Source of the DNA: a bacterium
GTDB taxonomy: Bacteria; Patescibacteriota; CPR2; UBA1875; JAJYID01
DNA length: 64,000 bases
Direction of reading: 5' to 3'
Assembly: GCA_030647205.1 (NCBI GenBank)
Contig: JAUSJO010000005.1
Location: forward strand, 10,523-74,522
Shown: piece by piece, positions 22,330 through 30,915 of the stretch
How the letters are laid out: every line of letters begins with the position of its first letter
How positions within the stretch are numbered: position 1 is the first letter of the stretch
Made by a program: the position numbers and the translations under genes
The notes under the pieces: model-generated
Databases searched by the model: none
The model's input: only the letters and a program-made list of their open reading frames with translations
Told to the model about the DNA's origin: nothing

Positions 22330-22392
22330 ATTTTGTTTTAAACCTAGCTCCTTTTTGTTAAAATAAAAGCATAGAGGAAGGAGGTGAGCAAT

Positions 22393-22710
22393 ATGTTAGC
22401 ACTAGCACAAACTGCAAATACAGCAGATACCATGAGCGCAGAACAAGGAATGGCGCTTTTTGCCGGTTTTGGTATTTTGATAGTAGTTATGTTGTTGATA
22501 GCTTTAGTTACATTTGTATTTAGTATTTGGATGATAGTTGATGCGTTCAACAGAAAAGAAGAGGATTTTGCATCGTTAGGCAAAACAGCATGGATTATTA
22601 TTTTGGGTGCAGGAATTTTCCTTGGTTATGGTCTTATTGCCTCAGTAATTTATTTTTTAGTTATAAAGAGGAAATCAGGGAAAACCACCGAGACAAGTTC
22701 TCCAAAGTAG
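22393..22710 (+). CDS. Small membrane protein (PLDc_N/DUF2516-like), paralog 2
   Basis: Same SD and ATGTTAGCACTA start; FSIWMIVDA..RKEEDFA. Confidence 0.75.
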   Translation: MLALAQTANTADTMSAEQGMALFAGFGILIVVMLLIALVTFVFSIWMIVDAFNRKEEDFASLGKTAWIIILGAGIFLGYGLIASVIYFLVIKRKSGKTTETSSPK

Positions 22711-22747
22711 GAACCTCCTTCGGACACAACATCACAATAAAATCTTG

Positions 22748-22781
22748 AAAAGAACTCTTGTAAAATCTAGGGTTCTTTTTT
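22748..22781 (+). terminator. Rho-independent terminator
   Basis: AAAAGAACTCT...AGGGTTCTTTTTT. Confidence 0.6.
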
Positions 22782-22818
22782 AGTTATAATTTGGCGCTCA
22801 TTTTGCTACAATAGATAT

Positions 22819-24048
22819 ATGCAAAAGACACTTCTCATTATTCTCGATGGTTTGGGCGATAGGCCGGTAAAAGCATTTGGTGGGAAAACACCGCTTGAGG
22901 CAGCTAGTACGCCGAATATGGATTCTCTCGCTGCGAGTGGGGTATGTGGAGTGATGAACGCCATGCCCAAGGATCTATATCCGACCAGTGAGGAAGCCCA
23001 TCTGGCTATTCTAGGCTATGATTTTAAAGCCGACCACCCGGGGAGAGGAGTTCTGGAGGCACTCGGGATTGGAGTAAAGCTAAAACCGGATGAGCTTGTT
23101 TTTCGCGTTGACTTTGGAACGGTTGATAAAGATTTGAATTTAATAGATGCCCGTGCTGGAGTAATCGAGTCAGTGAAGGATTTATGTAAGGCAGTTGACG
23201 ATGTTGAAGTCGACGGGGTGAAATTTAAGATATATCCATCACTTTTATATAGAGGAGTAATGGTTCTAAGCGGTAATCCCGTTAAGAATTATTTGAAAAA
23301 AAGTAACAGTGCGGTTTCTGATACAGATCCTCATAAGGCGGGCCCACACAAGCTTGGTGTCAGGGTCTTGCACCCCAAATCCTTTGGCGACTCAAAGGAT
23401 GGTAAGACTGTCGCGAGAGCTCTGGAGAGATATCAGTATTTGACTCATGAGATATTAAACGAGCACAAAATCAACAAAAAAAGAGTCAAAAAAGGCAAAC
23501 TACCGGCAAACTTTATATTAACCAGAGGTGGCGGACATATAAAGGATATCGAAAGTTTTAAAGACAAATTCGGACTTAAAAGTGCTTGTATCGCCGGTGC
23601 GCCTCTGTACAAAGGCATCGCCGCTTATATGGGCATGAAAGTGATAAATGTAAAAGGAGCTACGGGCAAGCTCGATACTAGTGTTAAAGCAAAGGTAAAG
23701 GCGACTTTGAAAGCCCTGAAAAAGAACGACTTTGTTTTCCTGCATATCAAAGGTACTGATATGGCGGCCGAAGACTATGGCGATGCGAAGATGAAAAAAG
23801 AGTTTATTGAAAAAATTGACGCGTGTTTTGCGGGCTTAAATAAAGTAAAAAATGTGGTAATATCAGTAACAGGCGATCACGCAACACCATGCGAACTGAA
23901 GGACCACTCAAATGATGTGGTGCCGGTTTTGATTAGCGGTACTAGCATAAGTGATAATACGAAGAAATTTGGTGAGAGTGAGTGCGCACATGGCGGTTTG
24001 GGTCATATATACGGCAAAGATTTTATGAAAATATTACTTGGAGGGTAA
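22819..24048 (+). CDS. apgM: BPG-independent phosphoglycerate mutase, archaeal-type (ApgM)
   Basis: ILDGLGDRP, TPLEAA.TPNMD, AHLAILGYD, GRGVLEALG, HIKGTD, GDHATP. Confidence 0.92.
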   Translation: MQKTLLIILDGLGDRPVKAFGGKTPLEAASTPNMDSLAASGVCGVMNAMPKDLYPTSEEAHLAILGYDFKADHPGRGVLEALGIGVKLKPDELVFRVDFGTVDKDLNLIDARAGVIESVKDLCKAVDDVEVDGVKFKIYPSLLYRGVMVLSGNPVKNYLKKSNSAVSDTDPHKAGPHKLGVRVLHPKSFGDSKDGKTVARALERYQYLTHEILNEHKINKKRVKKGKLPANFILTRGGGHIKDIESFKDKFGLKSACIAGAPLYKGIAAYMGMKVINVKGATGKLDTSVKAKVKATLKALKKNDFVFLHIKGTDMAAEDYGDAKMKKEFIEKIDACFAGLNKVKNVVISVTGDHATPCELKDHSNDVVPVLISGTSISDNTKKFGESECAHGGLGHIYGKDFMKILLGG

Positions 24049-25038
24049 ATGTACGACGTTATAACATTCGGAGGAGCAACCAGAGATGTCTTTTTCAAGA
24101 CGTCAAAAGGAGTGATATTTCCTGATCCCGAAGATGAGCAGGAGAAAATGCTAGCTTTTAAATATGGAGAAAAGATTATTACCGATAATGCTTTGTTTTC
24201 ATTTGGCGGAGGGGCTTTTAATACAGCAGTTTCTCTGGCGAAAATGGGCTTAAAGGCTTCTAGTTGTATCAACATTGGCAGAGACGAGAGCGCGCATTCT
24301 ATTGTTCAGAGGCTTCAAGAAGTGGGTGTTGATACTTGTTTTGTGACGACTGATGCCCAAAATCACACCGCTTTATCCCTAATTGTAATGGACAAAAAAG
24401 ACCATCTTGCTTTCTTGCATCGCGGAGCTAACAATTTTCTAAAATTAAGCGATAAGGAACAAATTAAAAACGCAAAATGGTTCTACATCACCTCCTTGAC
24501 TGGCCAGTCGGCCAATATTTTGCCTGAGCTTGTTAATCTTGCCGCTGAAAACCATATAAAAATTGCTCTAAATCCCGGCGGCGCTCAGTTAAATGGCAAC
24601 TGCAAACAGCTCAGAGGTTTGCTGGACAAAGTTGAACTCCTGCTTTTAAACAGAGAGGAAGCAGAGGAGCTGGCCTGTAGTGAGGAAGCATGTGAAATAA
24701 TAGAAGATAATAACGTTTTGTTGCACAAGGTCCAGAAACTAGGGCCGAAAAGCGTTATTATTACAGAAGGAGAAAAGGGCAGTTACTACTCGGGTGAAGG
24801 TATGGTAAACTTTGAGCCGGCGTTTAAAAAAGACGGATTAGTTGTAGATACAACGGGGGCAGGCGATGCGTTTGGTTCGACATTTTTAGCTTGTATAATA
24901 AAAGTCATGAAGATCCCGGAGGCTCAGAAGATGGCAGCTATAAATGCTGCTCATGTGACGCAATTCATCGGGGCTCAGGACGGTCTTTTGACGGCGGAAG
25001 AAATTGGAGATAAACTAAAAGAAGTAAAGCGGGTATAA
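24049..25038 (+). CDS. PfkB/ribokinase-family carbohydrate kinase
   Basis: GGGAFNTAV and DTTGAGDAF signatures. Confidence 0.92.
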   Translation: MYDVITFGGATRDVFFKTSKGVIFPDPEDEQEKMLAFKYGEKIITDNALFSFGGGAFNTAVSLAKMGLKASSCINIGRDESAHSIVQRLQEVGVDTCFVTTDAQNHTALSLIVMDKKDHLAFLHRGANNFLKLSDKEQIKNAKWFYITSLTGQSANILPELVNLAAENHIKIALNPGGAQLNGNCKQLRGLLDKVELLLLNREEAEELACSEEACEIIEDNNVLLHKVQKLGPKSVIITEGEKGSYYSGEGMVNFEPAFKKDGLVVDTTGAGDAFGSTFLACIIKVMKIPEAQKMAAINAAHVTQFIGAQDGLLTAEEIGDKLKEVKRV

Positions 25039-25039
25039 G

Positions 25040-25855
25040 ATGGTATTATCCAAAATTCCTACAAACACGAGATTTAAAAAGAGTATGGATCCGGGCAAGA
25101 AAAAAATACTTTTTGTTTTGGGCATTATCTTTACTTTGATTGTTATTTTTGGGATCTATAATTTGAAGAAAGTGGTACCGAGCAACAAAGAGAAAATCCC
25201 CGTCAAAATCCAGTCAGGCGACCAGCCGATGGCGAAGAAACTCACTGTCATAGTAAGCGGACCTCTAAATATCAGGAAAGATCATGACGCAAAGAGCGAG
25301 AAGGTGGGGATAATTCCTGACAAAGCAAAAGTAGAAGTTCAAGAGGAGATAGACGGTTGGTATAAGATTTCCTATAGCGGGAAAGACGGCTGGATATCAA
25401 AAAAATATGCCACCCCCGAAGATACGGCGCAGGTTGCTGCACCGGTAGATACTAATACTCAAGCGTTCCAGGGCAGCGGGTATACTTTCAAATATCCAAA
25501 AGATTGGAATATACAGAATTATCCCAAAACGGATGGCACAGTTTGGCTGGCGATAGCGAACAACCAGCTTCCGGCGGATCCGCCAACCGGTTCCTACTTT
25601 ATTCCCGTAGAGCTCAAGGTCTATCCGGCAAGCAAAAAGCCTACAGGCAGCTTCAGAACTGATGCATCGGCGAAAAAGGAGCCTGCGAACGTTGGTGGCG
25701 CAGCCGGGACGAAGTATACCTATGTAAACCAGGATACTTCAACGGAGATAAACGTTGTCGAGTTCGAACACGGCGGCGCTTTGTACGATTTCTATGATAA
25801 TGGAGGGTATTTGGAGGATTTGAACAAAATATTGGCAACGTTCACATTTCTCTAA
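25040..25855 (+). CDS. Membrane-anchored SH3b protein with PsbP-like C-terminal domain
   Basis: TM; LNIR...GWYKI.Y.GK.GWIS; YTFKYPKDW. Confidence 0.8.
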   Translation: MVLSKIPTNTRFKKSMDPGKKKILFVLGIIFTLIVIFGIYNLKKVVPSNKEKIPVKIQSGDQPMAKKLTVIVSGPLNIRKDHDAKSEKVGIIPDKAKVEVQEEIDGWYKISYSGKDGWISKKYATPEDTAQVAAPVDTNTQAFQGSGYTFKYPKDWNIQNYPKTDGTVWLAIANNQLPADPPTGSYFIPVELKVYPASKKPTGSFRTDASAKKEPANVGGAAGTKYTYVNQDTSTEINVVEFEHGGALYDFYDNGGYLEDLNKILATFTFL

Positions 25856-25861
25856 AAAGAT

Positions 25862-27991
25862 ATGCTTAATAATTTCTTTTCGCCGAAATCTATCGCTGTC
25901 ATTGGGGCTTCGCATAATAAAGAGAAGCTTGGTTTTTTGGTGTATGAAAATATCAGAAAGTACGGATTTAAGGGCAAGTTATACGGCGTAAATATAAAAG
26001 GCGGAAAAATTGGCACTCAGAAGCTCTATAAAAGTGTAAATGAGATTACGGGCGACGTTGATCTGGCGGTGATTGTTGTGCCGGCTATAGTCGTGCCGAG
26101 TGTTATCGAGGAATGCGGTAAAAAGGGGATTAACTCGGTCATTATCATTAGCGCGGGATTTGCGGAGACGGGAGCAAACGGCAGGAGGCTTGAAGAACAA
26201 ATAAAAGAAACCGCCCATAAATATAGTATCAGGGTACTCGGGCCAAACTGTCTGGGGATTATAGACAGCTGGTCGAAGATGAACGCATCTTTTGCCGAGA
26301 GTATGCCCGATAAGATGAATATCTCGCTATTTTCACAGTCGGGGGCTATTTGTACTGCTATTCTAGACTGGGCAAATGCCAACTGCATCGGTTTTTCGCG
26401 CTTTATTTCACTTGGAAACAAGCTGGATGTTGATGAAAATGACATTTTACGGTTTTTGGCAGAGGACGAAAAGACCGGAGTTGTCCTCGGATATCTTGAA
26501 AGCATCCATGATGGGACGGTTTTCATGTCTGCGGCAAAAAACCTGTCACTAAAAAAACCCTTCATAGTGGTAAAGTCTGGCACCACGGCGCAAGGCGCAA
26601 AAAGTATCTCTTCCCATACCGGAAGCATTGCCGGTTCTGATCTTGTGACGGACGCAGCTCTCAAAGAAAGCGGAGTGATTCGCGCCGGAAGCCTGGAGGA
26701 TCTCTTTGACCTGGCTAAAATATTTGCCTTTTCTCCTGATATGAAAGGCAAAGGCATCGCCGTTATCTCAAACGCCGGCGGACCGGCCGTAATGCTTGCG
26801 GATGCCATTAGCAAAAGCAGATTAAAGCTAGCCAGGCTTTCAGATAGGACGAGAAAAGTGCTTGAGGAAACATTGCCCCCCGAAGCAAGCGTTCACAATC
26901 CGATAGATGTGATAGGTGACGCAAGGGCTGATAGATACGAAACCGCTCTTGATGAGGTCTTAAAAGACGAAAATGTTGATGGAGTTATAGTTGTTCTTAC
27001 TCCTCAGGTAATGACGGAGATTGAAGTGACGGCGAAGCTCATTGCCGGCATGAAGGAGCGAGGTAAGCCTATCGCAGTTTGCTTTATGGGCGGGGAAAAA
27101 GTAGCTTTAGGACGGGAAATTTTGGAAGAAAAGGAAATTCCTTCATATGATTTTCCTGAAAGAGCCGTAAAAGCTCTCGAGGCGCTGCATGAATACTATG
27201 AGTTTAAGAGCCATGCTACTGGCACGCAGGGAACGTCGCGCAGGGTTCAATTCAATAAAAATAAGGCCGGGAAGATTATCCAAAAAGCATTCTCTATTAA
27301 CACCCAATATATCACTGATGGTGAGGAAAGCGCGTTTGATGTCTTTGACGCTTATGGAATAGAGACGGTAAAAAGGTCGTACGGCGTTAACTTTGACGAG
27401 CTAAAAGAAAAGTCAGATCACGTTGGATTTCCGCTGGCTGTGAAGACTTGCGCCAAAGGCGTGCTGCACAAAACGGATATTGGTGGAGTTAAGATCGGCG
27501 TTAGGAACGATGCGGAGCTTCAAAAAGCATATTTTTCTATTCGGGATAATGTCAGAAGAGCCGGATATGAGGAGGGCTCGGACAGGGTCGATGTCTATAA
27601 AATGGAAAATGACGGGGTAGAAATATTCCTGGGCGCGAAAAAAGACGCAAACTTCGGTCCGCTAATCATCTTTGGCATGGGCGGGATATTCGTAGAGGCG
27701 CTAAAAGATTTTTCATACAGAATTGCACCAGTAACGCACGCAGAAGCGAAGAAAATGATATCTGAGATAAAATCTCAGAAAGTTTTAAACGGTTTCCGGG
27801 GGATGCCGGAAGTAAACCGCGACAAACTTGCAGATGCGATAGTCGGCTTGTCGTGGCTCATGCTCGACTTTCCCGAAATTAAAGAAATAGACATAAACCC
27901 GCTTAAATGTACGGATAAAAAATGCGTGGCGGTGGACGGGAAGATTATTTTGGACTTACAGTCCTCCCATGTGCTAGAATTGATTAAATAA
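25862..27991 (+). CDS. ADP-forming acetate/acyl-CoA ligase (alpha-beta fusion)
   Basis: PKSIAVIGAS, GPNCLG, SQSGA, SHTGS phospho-His, HKTDIGGV ATP-grasp, EIDINPL. Confidence 0.93.
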   Translation: MLNNFFSPKSIAVIGASHNKEKLGFLVYENIRKYGFKGKLYGVNIKGGKIGTQKLYKSVNEITGDVDLAVIVVPAIVVPSVIEECGKKGINSVIIISAGFAETGANGRRLEEQIKETAHKYSIRVLGPNCLGIIDSWSKMNASFAESMPDKMNISLFSQSGAICTAILDWANANCIGFSRFISLGNKLDVDENDILRFLAEDEKTGVVLGYLESIHDGTVFMSAAKNLSLKKPFIVVKSGTTAQGAKSISSHTGSIAGSDLVTDAALKESGVIRAGSLEDLFDLAKIFAFSPDMKGKGIAVISNAGGPAVMLADAISKSRLKLARLSDRTRKVLEETLPPEASVHNPIDVIGDARADRYETALDEVLKDENVDGVIVVLTPQVMTEIEVTAKLIAGMKERGKPIAVCFMGGEKVALGREILEEKEIPSYDFPERAVKALEALHEYYEFKSHATGTQGTSRRVQFNKNKAGKIIQKAFSINTQYITDGEESAFDVFDAYGIETVKRSYGVNFDELKEKSDHVGFPLAVKTCAKGVLHKTDIGGVKIGVRNDAELQKAYFSIRDNVRRAGYEEGSDRVDVYKMENDGVEIFLGAKKDANFGPLIIFGMGGIFVEALKDFSYRIAPVTHAEAKKMISEIKSQKVLNGFRGMPEVNRDKLADAIVGLSWLMLDFPEIKEIDINPLKCTDKKCVAVDGKIILDLQSSHVLELIK

Positions 27992-28003
27992 GAGGAAAGG
28001 CAC

Positions 28004-28267
28004 ATGGAGGTACAGAAAATAGAAATAAAAGGATCGGTGCTCGGTTATTATATATCTAGCTTGGCTCATATAGCTTTTGTTGTGCTTATTGCTTGGTTAT
28101 ATCGAGCCTATACACCCACTCTTAAGAATATTAGCGAAATTGTGTATGGGATTGTAGGGGTAATAGGTCTGTCAGTAATGATTGCAACACTCATTCACTA
28201 CTTGCTGTATCTTCAGAAAAAGACTAATAATCCCAAAATCCAGTTAACAAGAGATAAAAAGAAGTAG
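28004..28267 (+). CDS. Small 2-TM hypothetical protein
   Basis: ORF with SD, two hydrophobic segments, in operon. Confidence 0.6.
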   Translation: MEVQKIEIKGSVLGYYISSLAHIAFVVLIAWLYRAYTPTLKNISEIVYGIVGVIGLSVMIATLIHYLLYLQKKTNNPKIQLTRDKKK

Positions 28268-28285
28268 ATTTTATTAGGAGGGTTT

Positions 28286-29353
28286 GTGGCGACTCAAACG
28301 AAAACAAATACAGTTTTGATGACCGGAAATCAGGCGGTAGTGAAGGCAGCTTTGGCTGTTGGCGCCGATATGTTTTCTGGTTACCCGATAACTCCAACAA
28401 CTGAAATTCTTCAAGAGTGGGCAAAAGAAGCTGAAAATAACAAAGATTTAATATTTCTGCAGACTGAGGACGAGCCGGCTGCCGGCTTTGTGATGATCGG
28501 TGGCGTTTCCATGGGCAAAAAGGCGTGGACAGCAACAGCAGGGGTTGGAAACGTGCTCATGCAGGATCCACTCTCTATGGCAGAAGCGATGCGGATGCCG
28601 GTGGTAACCTATATCGGCCAGCGTGGAGGTCCGTCAACAGGTACAGTAGTTTACTCCCAGCAAGAACTGAATTTAACAAGAATGGGCGGAAATGGTGAAG
28701 GATTACGCATAGTTTATGCGCCATGCAGTCTGCAAGAACTTTATGATTTAACGATTAAAGCTTTCAATACAGCTTGGAAATATAGATTTCCAACATTTAT
28801 CCTTTCTGACGGGTACCTAGCAAAAAGCTATGGTGAAGTGGATCTTTGGGATGTGAAGAAAAGCGATATTGTGCCGACCGAGTCAGCATTCCTGAATCCC
28901 AAAACAAGTCCGAATAATATCCGAAACTGTTTCTCCCAGGAGCCGGAACTTTATGATCAGTTACTCAAAGATTTTGATGATTTTGCTAAAATGTCAGAAG
29001 AAGTTGCAGAGTCGGAAACTCTTGGCGACAAAAAATCTCAAATACTGGTTTGCGCATGGGGTGTGGTGGCAAACTCAGCCAAAACGGCTATCGAGGAACT
29101 TCAGAGTCAAGGTATTTCGGTAAAACTATTTAGGCCTATCACGATGAGACCGTTTCCTGCGGAGGCGCTACAGAAAGCAGCTGAAGGAGTTACTGATATC
29201 CTTATTACAGAGTCGGCAAATGGGCAGTTTGGGCGTATTGTTAGAGAAACACTATACGGCGTCTCGGAAGCTGAGATCCACCGCTTATACAAGCCTGCAA
29301 TGGGTGTGATGCCGGAGGAAATACAGACTAGGATTAAGGAGATCAAAAAATGA
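28286..29353 (+). CDS. 2-oxoacid:ferredoxin oxidoreductase alpha subunit
   Basis: GNQAV, GYPITPTTE, EDE, RGGPSTG. Confidence 0.93.
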   Translation: MATQTKTNTVLMTGNQAVVKAALAVGADMFSGYPITPTTEILQEWAKEAENNKDLIFLQTEDEPAAGFVMIGGVSMGKKAWTATAGVGNVLMQDPLSMAEAMRMPVVTYIGQRGGPSTGTVVYSQQELNLTRMGGNGEGLRIVYAPCSLQELYDLTIKAFNTAWKYRFPTFILSDGYLAKSYGEVDLWDVKKSDIVPTESAFLNPKTSPNNIRNCFSQEPELYDQLLKDFDDFAKMSEEVAESETLGDKKSQILVCAWGVVANSAKTAIEELQSQGISVKLFRPITMRPFPAEALQKAAEGVTDILITESANGQFGRIVRETLYGVSEAEIHRLYKPAMGVMPEEIQTRIKEIKK

Positions 29354-30069
29354 AAAGCCCAAGATTTCCAGATACTATAAAAGAAGTTTCAAAACCGAGT
29401 AATTTTTGCCCCGGATGTGGCCACTCTATCATCTTAAAAGAGCTCGGTAGCCTGATGGCTGATATGAAAATCGAGAAAAAGACTGTTTTTGCGATAGATA
29501 TCGGCTGTTCGCTTCTTGCTTGGGACTACTATGACGTAGATACTTTTCAGACGCATCATGGCAGGACAACAGCGACAGCAGTGGGGATGAAAAGGGCAAA
29601 TCCTGATGCGATTATTCTAGCTTATATGGGTGATGGCGGAGGATATGCGATTGGTCTTCAAAATCTGATTCACGCCTGCTATAGAAATGAAAATATCGCC
29701 GTGATTTTAGTAAACAACACAATGTTTTCGATGACCGGCGGGCAGATGGCGCCAACGACTCTTCCCGGTGAGGTGACGGCCAGCACGCCTGATGGGGTAT
29801 TTACAGAGGATAAGCCTTTTTATGGTCCAGAGATGCTTGCAAGGATTGCCCATGATGGCGCATACATCGCACGGGCGGCTATTTCAAATCCTGGACAGAC
29901 TCAAAGCTACGTGAAAAATGCTATCCAGAATCAGATAGACGGCAAGGGCTTCTCATTTGTTGAGATTTTGTCCTATTGTCCGACAAACTGGAAAACAAAT
30001 GCTGCTGACACGATTAAGTTTTTAGAGGAAATGAAAAAGACATTTCCGGTGGGAGAAATAAAAAAATGA
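29350..30069 (+). CDS. 2-oxoacid:ferredoxin oxidoreductase beta (TPP-binding) subunit
   Basis: FCPGCGH, IGC, HGR, GDGG..NN, MTGGQ.APT, CPTNW. Confidence 0.93.
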   Translation: MKSPRFPDTIKEVSKPSNFCPGCGHSIILKELGSLMADMKIEKKTVFAIDIGCSLLAWDYYDVDTFQTHHGRTTATAVGMKRANPDAIILAYMGDGGGYAIGLQNLIHACYRNENIAVILVNNTMFSMTGGQMAPTTLPGEVTASTPDGVFTEDKPFYGPEMLARIAHDGAYIARAAISNPGQTQSYVKNAIQNQIDGKGFSFVEILSYCPTNWKTNAADTIKFLEEMKKTFPVGEIKK

Positions 30070-30632
30070 GAGATTTAAAGAGAATAATAGTGTCAGGTGA
30101 GGGTGGGCAGGGGATACAGGTTATATCCAAAATCCTCGCTACAGCTGCCTATATGTCAGGCAAAAAAATGCTATATGTGCCTAACTACGGTGTAGAGCAA
30201 AGAGGCGGTGCTTCACTCGGATTTGTCCAGATATCAAACGAAGAGATTGGCTTTCCCAAGTTTCAAAATGTCGATATTCTCGTGATTTTAGCAGCGCGCG
30301 CTATCCCTAGAGTCAGGGAGTATATCACAAAAGACACTCTTATTGTTCATGATGAAACTCTTGTTAGCAAAGAGAGCTTAAAAGATATACCAAATCAGAA
30401 AATATCAGTACCGGCGCTTAAAATTGCCGAAGAAAAAATGACAGGCAAGGTTATGAATATGATAGTTCTCGGATTCTTGGCGGATATAGTGGGTGGGATT
30501 AGTATTGATAGTTTAAAAGAAGCGGTAAATGAGAGGCTAGAGGGTAAATATAAGGCAAATCCTGAACTGAAACATTTCAACGAAAGAGCACTAGAGATAG
30601 GGATGGCGGGTATGAAGGAGGCATTGGTATGA
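30066..30632 (+). CDS. 2-oxoacid:ferredoxin oxidoreductase gamma subunit
   Basis: GEGGQG, YGVEQRGG, NMIVLG. Confidence 0.93.
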   Translation: MRDLKRIIVSGEGGQGIQVISKILATAAYMSGKKMLYVPNYGVEQRGGASLGFVQISNEEIGFPKFQNVDILVILAARAIPRVREYITKDTLIVHDETLVSKESLKDIPNQKISVPALKIAEEKMTGKVMNMIVLGFLADIVGGISIDSLKEAVNERLEGKYKANPELKHFNERALEIGMAGMKEALV

Positions 30633-30871
30633 GGGACTATAAAGGAGAAACATACTCTGATAACAAGAAAGACTGGACGAACTTTGCTGATCTTTGCAAG
30701 GGCTGTGGGCTATGTATAGAGAAATGCCCCCAAAAATGTCTTGTATTTGATACAAAAAGAACTAATCATTATGGAACCTCTACGGTTAAATGTGATATTG
30801 GCAAGTGCATCGCTTGCGGTATTTGTGAACTCAACTGCCCAGATCAGGCGATAAGGGTAGATAAGAAGTAG
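30629..30871 (+). CDS. 2[4Fe-4S] ferredoxin / oxidoreductase delta subunit
   Basis: CKGCGLC...CP and CIACGIC...CP. Confidence 0.92.
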   Translation: MRDYKGETYSDNKKDWTNFADLCKGCGLCIEKCPQKCLVFDTKRTNHYGTSTVKCDIGKCIACGICELNCPDQAIRVDKK

Positions 30872-30915
30872 TTGTACACTTACCCGGACAATTAAATTCC
30901 GCTATAATGGAGAAC

